64,000 nucleotides of DNA from Candidatus Woesearchaeota archaeon B3_Woes (lineage in GTDB: Archaea > Nanobdellota > Nanobdellia > Woesearchaeales > B3-WOES), in NCBI GenBank assembly GCA_005222965.1, contig NJBG01000001.1, positions 146,323 through 210,322 on the forward strand. Reading direction: 5' to 3'. Shown here piece after piece: positions 56,060 through 64,000 of the stretch. Within the stretch, counting starts at the first letter, position 1, and each line of letters starts with the position of its first letter. Both the position numbers and the translations under genes were made by a program. The notes beneath the pieces were generated by a model. That model worked only from the letters and a program-made list of their open reading frames with translations, searched no databases and had not been told where the DNA came from.

Positions 56060-57808
56060 CTAATTTCTTTTTTTCTGTTTAAAATAGAAATCCTCAACTT
56101 CCTCTAATGTTACTATATCTTCTGCAGATCTCTCCATATTCCTTAATCTTAAAACTCTTGGAAACCTTAGAGCATAACCTGAAGAATAAGTAGGAGACTT
56201 CTGAATTTCCTCATAAGCAACCTCAACAACAATCTTTGGTTTAAGTTTCACAACCTTCCCTTTCTGACTTATAACTAAAGGCTCTAATAATTTTGTTAAT
56301 TGATCAAAGGTAACCCCTTCTGATTTTTCTTTTATTCCAGTACCAACCTTACCAATTCCAACAAAATTTCCATTCTCATCTAAACAAGCTAATCTAAAAC
56401 TAGAAAACCATTTTGCGCGCTTTCCCTCTCCACACTCTGCCCCTGTTATAACCAAATCCATTGGCTCTTCTGCTTCCTTCATCTTTACCATATTACCAAC
56501 TCTAGCACCAGGCTTATAGGGAGCATCTAATTTTTTCAGCATCAAACCTTCATTACCTTCTTTTAAAGATTGTTTGTAAAATTTATTAACATCATCTTCA
56601 TTATTAACAATTTGACATTTAGACAAAACAATTTTTTTAGGAACAGGCTTTACTATCTTCTCAAGCAAGGCCCTTCTATTCTTAAAAGGCTCTTTAATCA
56701 TATTCTTATCATTGTAATACATACAATCAAAAATATTAAGCTCAACTGGAAATTTTTTTGCTATGTGCTCAATATCATACTTTCTTCTAATTCTCTGAGA
56801 AATACTTTGAAAAGGAAGATACTCTCCAGTCTTAGAAGAAAACCCAACAGCTTCTGAATCAAGAATAAAACTATCTCCTTTTACATGCTCTTTAATATAT
56901 TTAACAACCTCTGGAAACTGTTTTGTTACATTTTCAAGATTTCTTGTAAACAGTAAAATTTTGTCTTTATCTTTATGCACCTGTATTCTAAAACCATCAT
57001 ACTTATACTCTGCTTGTGCAGGAACATCAACCCTTTCCAAAGCAGATTTTGCATCTTTTTCTTTTGGACCAAGCATAACTTTTATTGGAATTCCGACATT
57101 TAATCCAATGCTTTTTATTTTTCCTTCCTTAACCATTTTAGCTACTAAGCTAAAATCATTTGACATATCGTATGCTTCCTGAACTAGATTACTATATTTA
57201 TTATACTCCTCTCTATCCTCAACATCAATACTTTTTTCTTTCTCATTATACTTAACCTTTGCTTCTGGAAAATAAGCCCAGACAATAGAATCCCTTAAAG
57301 TTCCTGTAGCTGTTCCAACTCTTAGTTCTTCTAATAATGTCCTTATAATATACTTTGCTTCTAATGGTTTTGCAGAAGTCAATAATTCAGCTATAAGTCC
57401 TACTTTCTTATCAACAGTTCCAAGCCCATCTAATGTTGCTAACTTGCTAATATTATCAAAAACCTTTTTTACAGCCAAACTCTTAGAAAACAAAGCAACC
57501 TGCTTTTTTTGTTTTATCAGATTTTCAGCAACATTACCTAAATCTCCTATTCTTGCCCATTCTTTCTCAATTTTACTAGCATCTATTCCAGTTGCTTTAT
57601 TAATAGCCTTTAAGACTAATCTTGAAGCAACACCAATTTTTCTCTCATCCCACTGAGGAAAAACTCGTCCTTGTAATAAAAGAATTGTTGTATGTAATTC
57701 TTCTTCATTAATTTTTTTTAAGAATTCTGAAATGATAAATGTCTTTTCTAATCTTTTTGTTGTTGATTCTAATTTTTGATAAACCTCAACTAGCTTAATA
57801 TATTCCAT
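56060..57808 (-). CDS. lig: ATP-dependent DNA ligase
   Basis: EYKYDGFRIQVH, EGLMLK, YKPGAR, LRFPR. Confidence 0.97.
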   Translation of the reverse strand: MEYIKLVEVYQKLESTTKRLEKTFIISEFLKKINEEELHTTILLLQGRVFPQWDERKIGVASRLVLKAINKATGIDASKIEKEWARIGDLGNVAENLIKQKKQVALFSKSLAVKKVFDNISKLATLDGLGTVDKKVGLIAELLTSAKPLEAKYIIRTLLEELRVGTATGTLRDSIVWAYFPEAKVKYNEKEKSIDVEDREEYNKYSNLVQEAYDMSNDFSLVAKMVKEGKIKSIGLNVGIPIKVMLGPKEKDAKSALERVDVPAQAEYKYDGFRIQVHKDKDKILLFTRNLENVTKQFPEVVKYIKEHVKGDSFILDSEAVGFSSKTGEYLPFQSISQRIRRKYDIEHIAKKFPVELNIFDCMYYNDKNMIKEPFKNRRALLEKIVKPVPKKIVLSKCQIVNNEDDVNKFYKQSLKEGNEGLMLKKLDAPYKPGARVGNMVKMKEAEEPMDLVITGAECGEGKRAKWFSSFRLACLDENGNFVGIGKVGTGIKEKSEGVTFDQLTKLLEPLVISQKGKVVKLKPKIVVEVAYEEIQKSPTYSSGYALRFPRVLRLRNMERSAEDIVTLEEVEDFYFKQKKRN

Positions 57809-57897
57809 GTTACTCTATAACATTAATTAATATATAAAGGTTTAGGCCAAAAAATTTATATACTTATCTACTTAAATTTAACATAAAAGAGGCAAAT

Positions 57898-58536
57898 ATG
57901 GAAACAGAGGACTGTATTATAACCAGAAGAAGTATTCGAAAATTTAAGAATGTCAAAATTGACATGGAAAAGATAGGAAAAATACTAGAAGCTGGAAGAG
58001 CAGCTCCTTCTTCAGGAAATCTCCAAAACTGGAGATTTATTATGGTTGATGATGAGGATAAAAAAAAGGCAATAGCAGAAGCCTGTTTTGGACAATATTG
58101 GATAGCTACTGCGCCAATCGTCATTGTTATTTGCAGCAAACCTTTGTCAGCTAAAAGGCACTATGGTATAAGGGGGGAAAGATTGTATTCAGTACAAAAC
58201 TGTGCTGCAGTTGCAGAAAACATGCTTCTAATGGCTCATGATCAAGGGTTAGGTGGGTGTTGGATTGGTGCTTTTGAAGAAGATAAAATTAAACCTTTAT
58301 TAAAAATAATAGATGAAGCAAGACCCCAAATCATTATCCCTATAGGATATCCTGATGAAGAACCCTTAATTCCATCAAAATTTAGATTGGATAATGTAGC
58401 TTACTGGAATGAATGGTGGGGAAGAGTAAAAGATGTTGATGTTTTCCTAGGATTTACCACAAGTGCTCAAATTAAGAGGGGAGTTAATAAAGGCAAGGAA
58501 ATTCTCGAGAAGGCGAGGAAAAAAATACAAAAATAG
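57898..58536 (+). CDS. Nitroreductase family protein
   Basis: RRSIRKF, APSSGNLQNW, GLGGCWIG, IGYP. Confidence 0.92.
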   Translation: METEDCIITRRSIRKFKNVKIDMEKIGKILEAGRAAPSSGNLQNWRFIMVDDEDKKKAIAEACFGQYWIATAPIVIVICSKPLSAKRHYGIRGERLYSVQNCAAVAENMLLMAHDQGLGGCWIGAFEEDKIKPLLKIIDEARPQIIIPIGYPDEEPLIPSKFRLDNVAYWNEWWGRVKDVDVFLGFTTSAQIKRGVNKGKEILEKARKKIQK

Positions 58537-58839
58537 TTAATTATATTCTATAAACTATATTTTCAAGTTTAGAAATGTTTAAATATTATAATAGTCAATA
58601 ATAAGAAATATAATAATAACCTTGTTTTTTTGGCGAAAAACTCGGGTTATTAAGCGTGTATATTTTCTTGGCGAAAAGTTTTGTTAGTCCAAAGTGCGTA
58701 TGCTTTTAGTACCTGTTGGCGCAGATATTAAAAAACACCTTTTTCTAGAGATAGTAATAAAAAACTCAAATATAAATATTTCGATACTGGAATATATAGG
58801 TTTGGGGATATATAAAAAAGAAAAAGGGGTTGATACCAA

Positions 58840-59907
58840 ATGGATTTTATCGTTGAAAATGCAGTAAAGAACTCGGATGAGAAAAAATTTGAAAACTTAG
58901 TAGGCCAAGCAAATATAAGGGTTGTCGGAGTAGGAGGAGCAGGCAACAATATGGTAAGTTGGTTGTATAAAAAAGGTATAAAAGGAGCTGAAATAGTGGC
59001 TTGTAATACAGACCAACAACACCTAAATATTACTGAAGCTGATAAAAAGTTTGTAATAGGAAAGGAAATCACAAGAGGATTGGGATGTGGAGGTTATCCT
59101 GAAAAAGGAGCTGAAGCTGCACAGGAAAGCTTACAAGAGATAAAGGATGCTTTGAAAAGCACAGATATGGCTTTTGTATGTGCTGGTGAAGGTGGAGGAA
59201 CAGGAACAGGGGGCGCTCCAATTGTAGCTCAAATTGCTAAAGATTCTGGTGCTATTGTCATTGGAACAGTCACAATGCCTTTTAAAATTGAAAGAGCAAG
59301 AGTAGATAAAGCAGAATTTGGATTACAGCAATTAAGACAAGCATGTGACACTGTAATTGTAATTGATAATAATAGATTAGTAAATATTGCAGGAAATCTA
59401 CCTATACAACAAGCATTTGCTGTTGCTAATGAATTGATCTCAACAATGATCAAAGGAATAGTTGAAACAATAGCAGTTCCTTCATTAGTTAACCTTGATT
59501 ATGCAGATGTTAAATCTATTATGACAAACGGAGGCGTAGCTGCTATAGGTGTAGGAGCATCCGATACCACAAATAAAGTAGAAGAAGCTGTAAAAGGGGC
59601 ATTAAGCAATCCTTTACTTGATATAGATTATAAAGGTGCAACAGGAGCTTTAATCCATGTACACGGTGGAACAGATATGACTCTTGATGAAGTTAGCAAA
59701 GTAGGAGAAATGGTAACTGAAACATTAGATGATGAAGCAAATGTCATCTGGGGAGCAAGAGTTAGTGAAGACATGAAAGGAAAACTAACAGTAATGACAA
59801 TAATAACTGGTGTAAAAAGTCCATGGATCCTGGGTAAAGTGGATTACTCTCAACCAACCCCTCAGGCTCAAGAAATTAGTGACGAGCTAGGAATAGAAAT
59901 AATTTGA
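58840..59907 (+). CDS. ftsZ: Cell division protein FtsZ
   Basis: GVGGAGNN, GGGTGTG, NLDYAD. Confidence 0.97.
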   Translation: MDFIVENAVKNSDEKKFENLVGQANIRVVGVGGAGNNMVSWLYKKGIKGAEIVACNTDQQHLNITEADKKFVIGKEITRGLGCGGYPEKGAEAAQESLQEIKDALKSTDMAFVCAGEGGGTGTGGAPIVAQIAKDSGAIVIGTVTMPFKIERARVDKAEFGLQQLRQACDTVIVIDNNRLVNIAGNLPIQQAFAVANELISTMIKGIVETIAVPSLVNLDYADVKSIMTNGGVAAIGVGASDTTNKVEEAVKGALSNPLLDIDYKGATGALIHVHGGTDMTLDEVSKVGEMVTETLDDEANVIWGARVSEDMKGKLTVMTIITGVKSPWILGKVDYSQPTPQAQEISDELGIEII

Positions 59908-59921
59908 GTCTTAGGTATTTC

Positions 59922-59969
59922 TTGCCTATGCTTTACCACCCCCAAGAATTAAGCATAGGCAATTTTTTT
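59922..59969 (+). terminator. Hairpin plus T tract after ftsZ
   Basis: 12-bp perfect stem TTGCCTATGCTT/AAGCATAGGCAA followed by T7. Confidence 0.6.
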
Positions 59970-60007
59970 ACTAATATTTATAAATAGATTAGAGTTTAAC
60001 TCGTTCT

Positions 60008-60787
60008 ATGACACTAAACATAATAGGCATTGGTCTGGGTGATGAAAAAGATATTACCTTAAAGGGCCTTGAATTAGTTAAAAAATCTGACTTAATCTAT
60101 TTAGAAAAATATACTTCTAAACTTAATTGTGATTTGTCTAAACTTGAAGAATTATATGGGAAAAAGATTATACTAGCTAATAGAGAGCTAGTTGAATGTC
60201 AGGAAACGAAGTTTCCTGAGCATGATCGGAAATCAGGATTTCCGACAAACAAAAATGAAATTATTGAAAACTCTAAAAACAAAGAGGTTGCTTTTTTAGT
60301 TATAGGTGATGTTTTTGGAGCAACAACCCATATTGATATTCTGCAAAGAGCTAAAAAAGAAGGGATTAAAGTAAATATTGTTCATAATACTTCTATTTTG
60401 AATGCTGTTAGTGAAACAGGATTATCCCTTTATAATTTTGGAAAAGTTACTTCAATCCCTTTTGAAAATAAAGATGTTGTCTCTCCAATAAAAGTTTTAG
60501 AAGACAACCAAAAATCAGGCCTTCATACACTGTTTTTGCTTGATCTTAAGCCTGATGAGGAAAAATTTATGTCTGTAAACACAGCAATTGAATATTTAAT
60601 AAAAAATAAAATTGATGCAAATACTTTATCAATAGCTTGTTGTGGTTTAGGCTCTGAAAAACAAATTATTAAAGCTGGTAAATTAAAAGACTTAAAAGAA
60701 AAGAAATTCAATATCTATCCTCAATGCTTAATAATCCCAGGAAAACTACATTTCATTGAAGAAGAATACTTAAAACTATTCATCTAA
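60008..60787 (+). CDS. dph5: Diphthine synthase with in-frame palindromic insert
   Basis: IGIGL.DEKDITLKGL, E.YTS, GDVFGATTH, YNFGK, GLHTL.LLD, LHF.E. Confidence 0.95.
   Translation: MTLNIIGIGLGDEKDITLKGLELVKKSDLIYLEKYTSKLNCDLSKLEELYGKKIILANRELVECQETKFPEHDRKSGFPTNKNEIIENSKNKEVAFLVIGDVFGATTHIDILQRAKKEGIKVNIVHNTSILNAVSETGLSLYNFGKVTSIPFENKDVVSPIKVLEDNQKSGLHTLFLLDLKPDEEKFMSVNTAIEYLIKNKIDANTLSIACCGLGSEKQIIKAGKLKDLKEKKFNIYPQCLIIPGKLHFIEEEYLKLFI
60197..60247 (+). repeat. 51-nt in-frame double-hairpin element
   Basis: TCAGGAAAC-GAA-GTTTCCTGA and TCGGAAATC-AG-GATTTCCGA; TGTC/GACA ends. Confidence 0.8.
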
Positions 60788-60827
60788 ATACAAAAAAAGA
60801 AAAATATTTTTAGTATTTTCAGTTTAA

Positions 60828-61703
60828 TTAACTATAAAGTTCTTGTACTCCTGCAATATCTCCAGCTTCTAAAGTTCTTTTCTTGGTTTCGCCGTAACTT
60901 GCATAGCCATACATTGTTTGTTCTGAGCATTCGCTTGTGTATAAATCGCCTAATCCAACACTATGCCCTAGTTCATGTGTGGCTATATTCTCAAAGTCCA
61001 TCTTGCCTGCTTCTCCTATACCCCAGTCAAAGTCTACATCATCAAATATCATGTCCCACTCAACAAGCTCTCTGAATGGTGGTGGTCCACCGAATATTCC
61101 CCAAACAATTGTTATTGCTATTGCATTTTCATAGCCAACATCTGCAAAATACACTTCGTTCTTGTTATCTGGACTTTCTAAATCTGCTCCGTCAACAATT
61201 CCTGTGGTTTCATCACCAAGAATTTCAACTCCGGCTGCTGTCTCCCATTTTCCAACATCACTAGCAAAGTTGCTTGTTACAAAAATTCCATCTAATCCTC
61301 TTGTATTCACTGGATTAACTATATAAGGTTCGATTGTTCTCCACTTTGTTCCTTTTGCCAGGAAACCATAACAAGAGCTTGTATCTGGTGTTGGTTCTTC
61401 TCCTCCGCCTGTGCAGTCAGCACAAGATGCATCTTCCCATCCTTGGCACACACCGTCATTATTACATCCAGTTTGTTTTCCAAATCCTTTTTTGTAATCT
61501 ATGAAAGCATATCCTTCTACAACTCGTCCGTGGTCTATTGCTTTCCCTAGACTAAAAACTCCAGGAGCAACTTCTACAGCATGTGAAGGTATAGCTATTA
61601 TTCCCTGTCTGTGTTGTGGTGCGAAATCTGGTTTTACTGCTAACACTAGGGCTACTGAAAACACTAATGCTATAAATCCCACTAATATTAAATGTTTTTT
61701 CAT
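60828..61703 (-). CDS. Secreted matrixin-like zinc metalloprotease
   Basis: Signal peptide; HELGHSVGLGD; Met-turn TMY; GD..G...LY. Confidence 0.85.
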   Translation of the reverse strand: MKKHLILVGFIALVFSVALVLAVKPDFAPQHRQGIIAIPSHAVEVAPGVFSLGKAIDHGRVVEGYAFIDYKKGFGKQTGCNNDGVCQGWEDASCADCTGGGEEPTPDTSSCYGFLAKGTKWRTIEPYIVNPVNTRGLDGIFVTSNFASDVGKWETAAGVEILGDETTGIVDGADLESPDNKNEVYFADVGYENAIAITIVWGIFGGPPPFRELVEWDMIFDDVDFDWGIGEAGKMDFENIATHELGHSVGLGDLYTSECSEQTMYGYASYGETKKRTLEAGDIAGVQELYS

Positions 61704-61803
61704 TATTACCTCCTATTAATCTTTAAGTAGTAATTGATATATGTATTTAAATATTTCTATATTTAAAGATATTAATAGAAGTAGCTAAATTTTTTGATGA
61801 AGA

Positions 61804-62250
61804 TTAGGATTCTAGATTATGGGGAAAGTCCCTTGTTATTTCTTCTAATTTACTTTCATCAATATATATCATATCTGTTTGTTCATGATAAGTGGTAGAA
61901 GTTGGATGTTCTGTTTCTGACATAAGTCTTAGTACAGCGTTTATCCTTGACATATCATTATAAGCCTCAATAAGACCAGAAATTTCGCTTTCTAATCCAT
62001 CAACTTTTTCCAATTTTGGTACTAATAATTGTAGTCTAAGCATAGACTGTGTTAAACAATTAATTATATAGTGATTTACAGCAACAATTGTTTGCTGATA
62101 TGTAGAAACTACAGCATCTTCTCTTTCTTGTTTCACAGCTTTAGTTATTTCTTCCCTTATATCTTCTGGAAGATTCTCTAAAATTTCTAGAGTGTCATCT
62201 GAAATTGAATATAGGCTATCTTTATTTGCATCCTTTTTTGTTCCTGTCAT
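61804..62250 (-). CDS. Hypothetical protein with HisKA-like H-box
   Basis: QTIVAVNHYIINCL helix; no ATPase domain. Confidence 0.55.
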   Translation of the reverse strand: MTGTKKDANKDSLYSISDDTLEILENLPEDIREEITKAVKQEREDAVVSTYQQTIVAVNHYIINCLTQSMLRLQLLVPKLEKVDGLESEISGLIEAYNDMSRINAVLRLMSETEHPTSTTYHEQTDMIYIDESKLEEITRDFPHNLES

Positions 62251-62326
62251 TTTTTAAATAATTAATCATACAGAGATTAAAATCTCTCTTTGTTTTGCTT
62301 TTTTTCAAAATTAATAATTTTTGTTT

Positions 62327-62938
62327 TTATTTATATCCAAGAAGTTCTTTAATTTCCCTGATATGCCTTTTTTTTCCTTCTTGTCTCAATTCCCTTGCTG
62401 ATTGTGTGAAATAATGATGTCGCTCTAAAAAAACAATAAGACCTTCATACCATTCTTTTGGTGTTTTTTGAATACCATGTTTTGCTAACTCCAGTCTTAA
62501 TAATTCTGTTTTAATATAGAAATCTTCTCTTCCAAGGTTGTCTAAATCTGCATCGCACATTATTTCTTCTAATTTTGTTTTTGGATTTTGAAGTATTCCT
62601 GTTGCCATTATTTCTGTTGCCATTATAATACCAGAAATAACCTCTATGTCTTGCGGACTGTAACCAAAATTTGGCAATGACTTTCTTGCAATCTCTACTC
62701 CAATTGGTTCATTATTTTGATATTGTTCCAAAAATCCCATATCATGACATAATCCACCTGTTTTTAGTAAAATAAGTTTTTCCCCTGATACGCCTTCTAA
62801 TCTAGCATACCTCTCAATTGCTGGCAATACATCATCTCTGGTATGGGGTAAACCATGAAAAAAGAGATCTGGTGAAAGTTCTCTTTCTAATCTTCCAAAT
62901 ACATATTTCTCTGCTGCAGCATAATCTGGTTTTATCAT
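62327..62938 (-). CDS. HD-domain phosphohydrolase
   Basis: FH...HT, HDMG, NE..G, CDADL. Confidence 0.88.
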   Translation of the reverse strand: MIKPDYAAAEKYVFGRLERELSPDLFFHGLPHTRDDVLPAIERYARLEGVSGEKLILLKTGGLCHDMGFLEQYQNNEPIGVEIARKSLPNFGYSPQDIEVISGIIMATEIMATGILQNPKTKLEEIMCDADLDNLGREDFYIKTELLRLELAKHGIQKTPKEWYEGLIVFLERHHYFTQSARELRQEGKKRHIREIKELLGYK

Positions 62939-63187
62939 GATATTGTAATTTATAACTACTGATAAATAGTATACTGTATTTAAATCTTACGAAATTATAG
63001 AACTTTCTTTAAATGCTTCTCATTAACACTATAACTCTTATTACTTTCATCTTTACTTTAAGTTTAAATATTCTTAATAATTTTATTGCATCCCTATTTT
63101 AAAATAATAAAAAACGAAAGGTTTAAATAGAACTTGTTATAATATTTGTCATTGATTAATGGTAACAGTATAGAAAAGGAAAGTAAA

Positions 63188-64000
63188 ATGGTTATGGAAA
63201 ATACAGAATACAAATTGCACCAATTAGGGCAACTTGTAGCTCAACCAACACAAAGCGGTATAGAACTTTCAAGCCAAGATTTGGAAGACTTAAATACATT
63301 ACTAGAGGATGGACTAAAACACCCCCTTCTTAGTGTAAATCAGCATGCTTTAGATTTAATAAGTAATGGCATAAAAAATGAAGTATTTGGAGATAGAAGT
63401 AATAGAGATCTATGGGGAAATTTAATAACTAGTCTTGAAGAAATAGCCCAGCATTCTCGTCATCTAAAATTAAGGGAAGATACATTAAGATGCCTAGCAC
63501 TTTTCCCATTAGAAATGCAGCAATACTTAGGCATTGATTTTCCAACTGATTTAAATGGAATGAGTTCTGAAATAATTAATGAAGTTTACAGAAGTAGTTA
63601 TGAGCCTAATATATTCTATACTGAAAGTGGTGAATTTAGGGAAAAAGCAAAAGAACATACTGAAAAAGAAGGAGGGAGTATTCATGACATTAATAGTAGA
63701 GGATGTTTTTATTCAGATGTTTTTAAACAGTGTTTAGTTCATCCTTATATTAACCAATTTTTTAAAGAACAAAGAGATAATACAATATATCCATTTATGA
63801 GATTAAGGTATTTTGAATATATATTACATGAAGTAACCCATGGATTAATTGATTCTGTTCAGAAAGATGAAAAAATTTTGTCCCCGGCTTTGGAAGAACA
63901 TGTCACTTCATTATCTGCACACCAAATAACAGCAGATTATGCATATAAAATAACTAGGGGAAGAATAATCCCAAAATTATATGATGCTTTTGTTAGAAAT
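63188..64000 (+). CDS. Hypothetical protein with HExxH motif (runs off window)
   Basis: Open frame from MVMENTEY; contains LHEVTHG followed by LEE. Confidence 0.65.
   Translation, partial: MVMENTEYKLHQLGQLVAQPTQSGIELSSQDLEDLNTLLEDGLKHPLLSVNQHALDLISNGIKNEVFGDRSNRDLWGNLITSLEEIAQHSRHLKLREDTLRCLALFPLEMQQYLGIDFPTDLNGMSSEIINEVYRSSYEPNIFYTESGEFREKAKEHTEKEGGSIHDINSRGCFYSDVFKQCLVHPYINQFFKEQRDNTIYPFMRLRYFEYILHEVTHGLIDSVQKDEKILSPALEEHVTSLSAHQITADYAYKITRGRIIPKLYDAFVRN

Noticed and set aside
58620..58725. CRISPR-like array from the repeated TTGGCG
   Set aside because: Repeats are only 6-10 bp and irregularly spaced; no cas genes are present
60191..60253. dph5 insert as a BHB-spliced mRNA intron (GTTG-AA^T ... 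AAAC-AA^A)
   Set aside because: These cuts remove 56 nt and create GAA AAA TGA, a premature stop, whereas the unspliced ORF is already open
393..61719. Many short antisense or overlapping ORFs in the track
   Set aside because: They are shadows of well-supported genes and have no recognisable motifs

Overview
AT-rich archaeal chromosomal segment. The gene set (aIF5B, aRF1, rpl37ae-rpo12-pfdB, rpl1-rpl10-rpl12, rpl11, rps15, rpl15e, rpl40e, aIF5A, histone, CCA enzyme, Dph5/Dph6, ATP-dependent ligase, FtsZ) plus bacterial-type metabolic genes (ppsA, glpX, class II fba, asd, cold-shock protein) suggests a DPANN archaeon, probably Woesearchaeales (inference). No rRNA, CRISPR array, transposase or integrase was recognised. 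Main observations: (1) a class III ribonucleotide reductase that begins with an NrdR-like Zn-ribbon/ATP-cone module, with two NrdR-box-like sites 31 bp apart upstream of its promoter; (2) two consecutive integron-like cassettes (asd and an EamA transporter) downstream of tRNA-Arg, each bracketed by GTT/AAC cores and segmented inverted repeats; (3) a tRNA-Pro(TGG) with three introns, including one at 3/4 whose BHB motif is formed with the 5' leader; (4) two similar 51-nt double-hairpin elements inserted in frame in dph5 and a YkgJ-family gene; (5) partial tRNA duplications at the same 88-bp offset next to two tRNAs; (6) candidate structured RNAs, including a kink-turn over the rpl1 Shine-Dalgarno. 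All calls come from reading the sequence; no database searches or folding programs were run.
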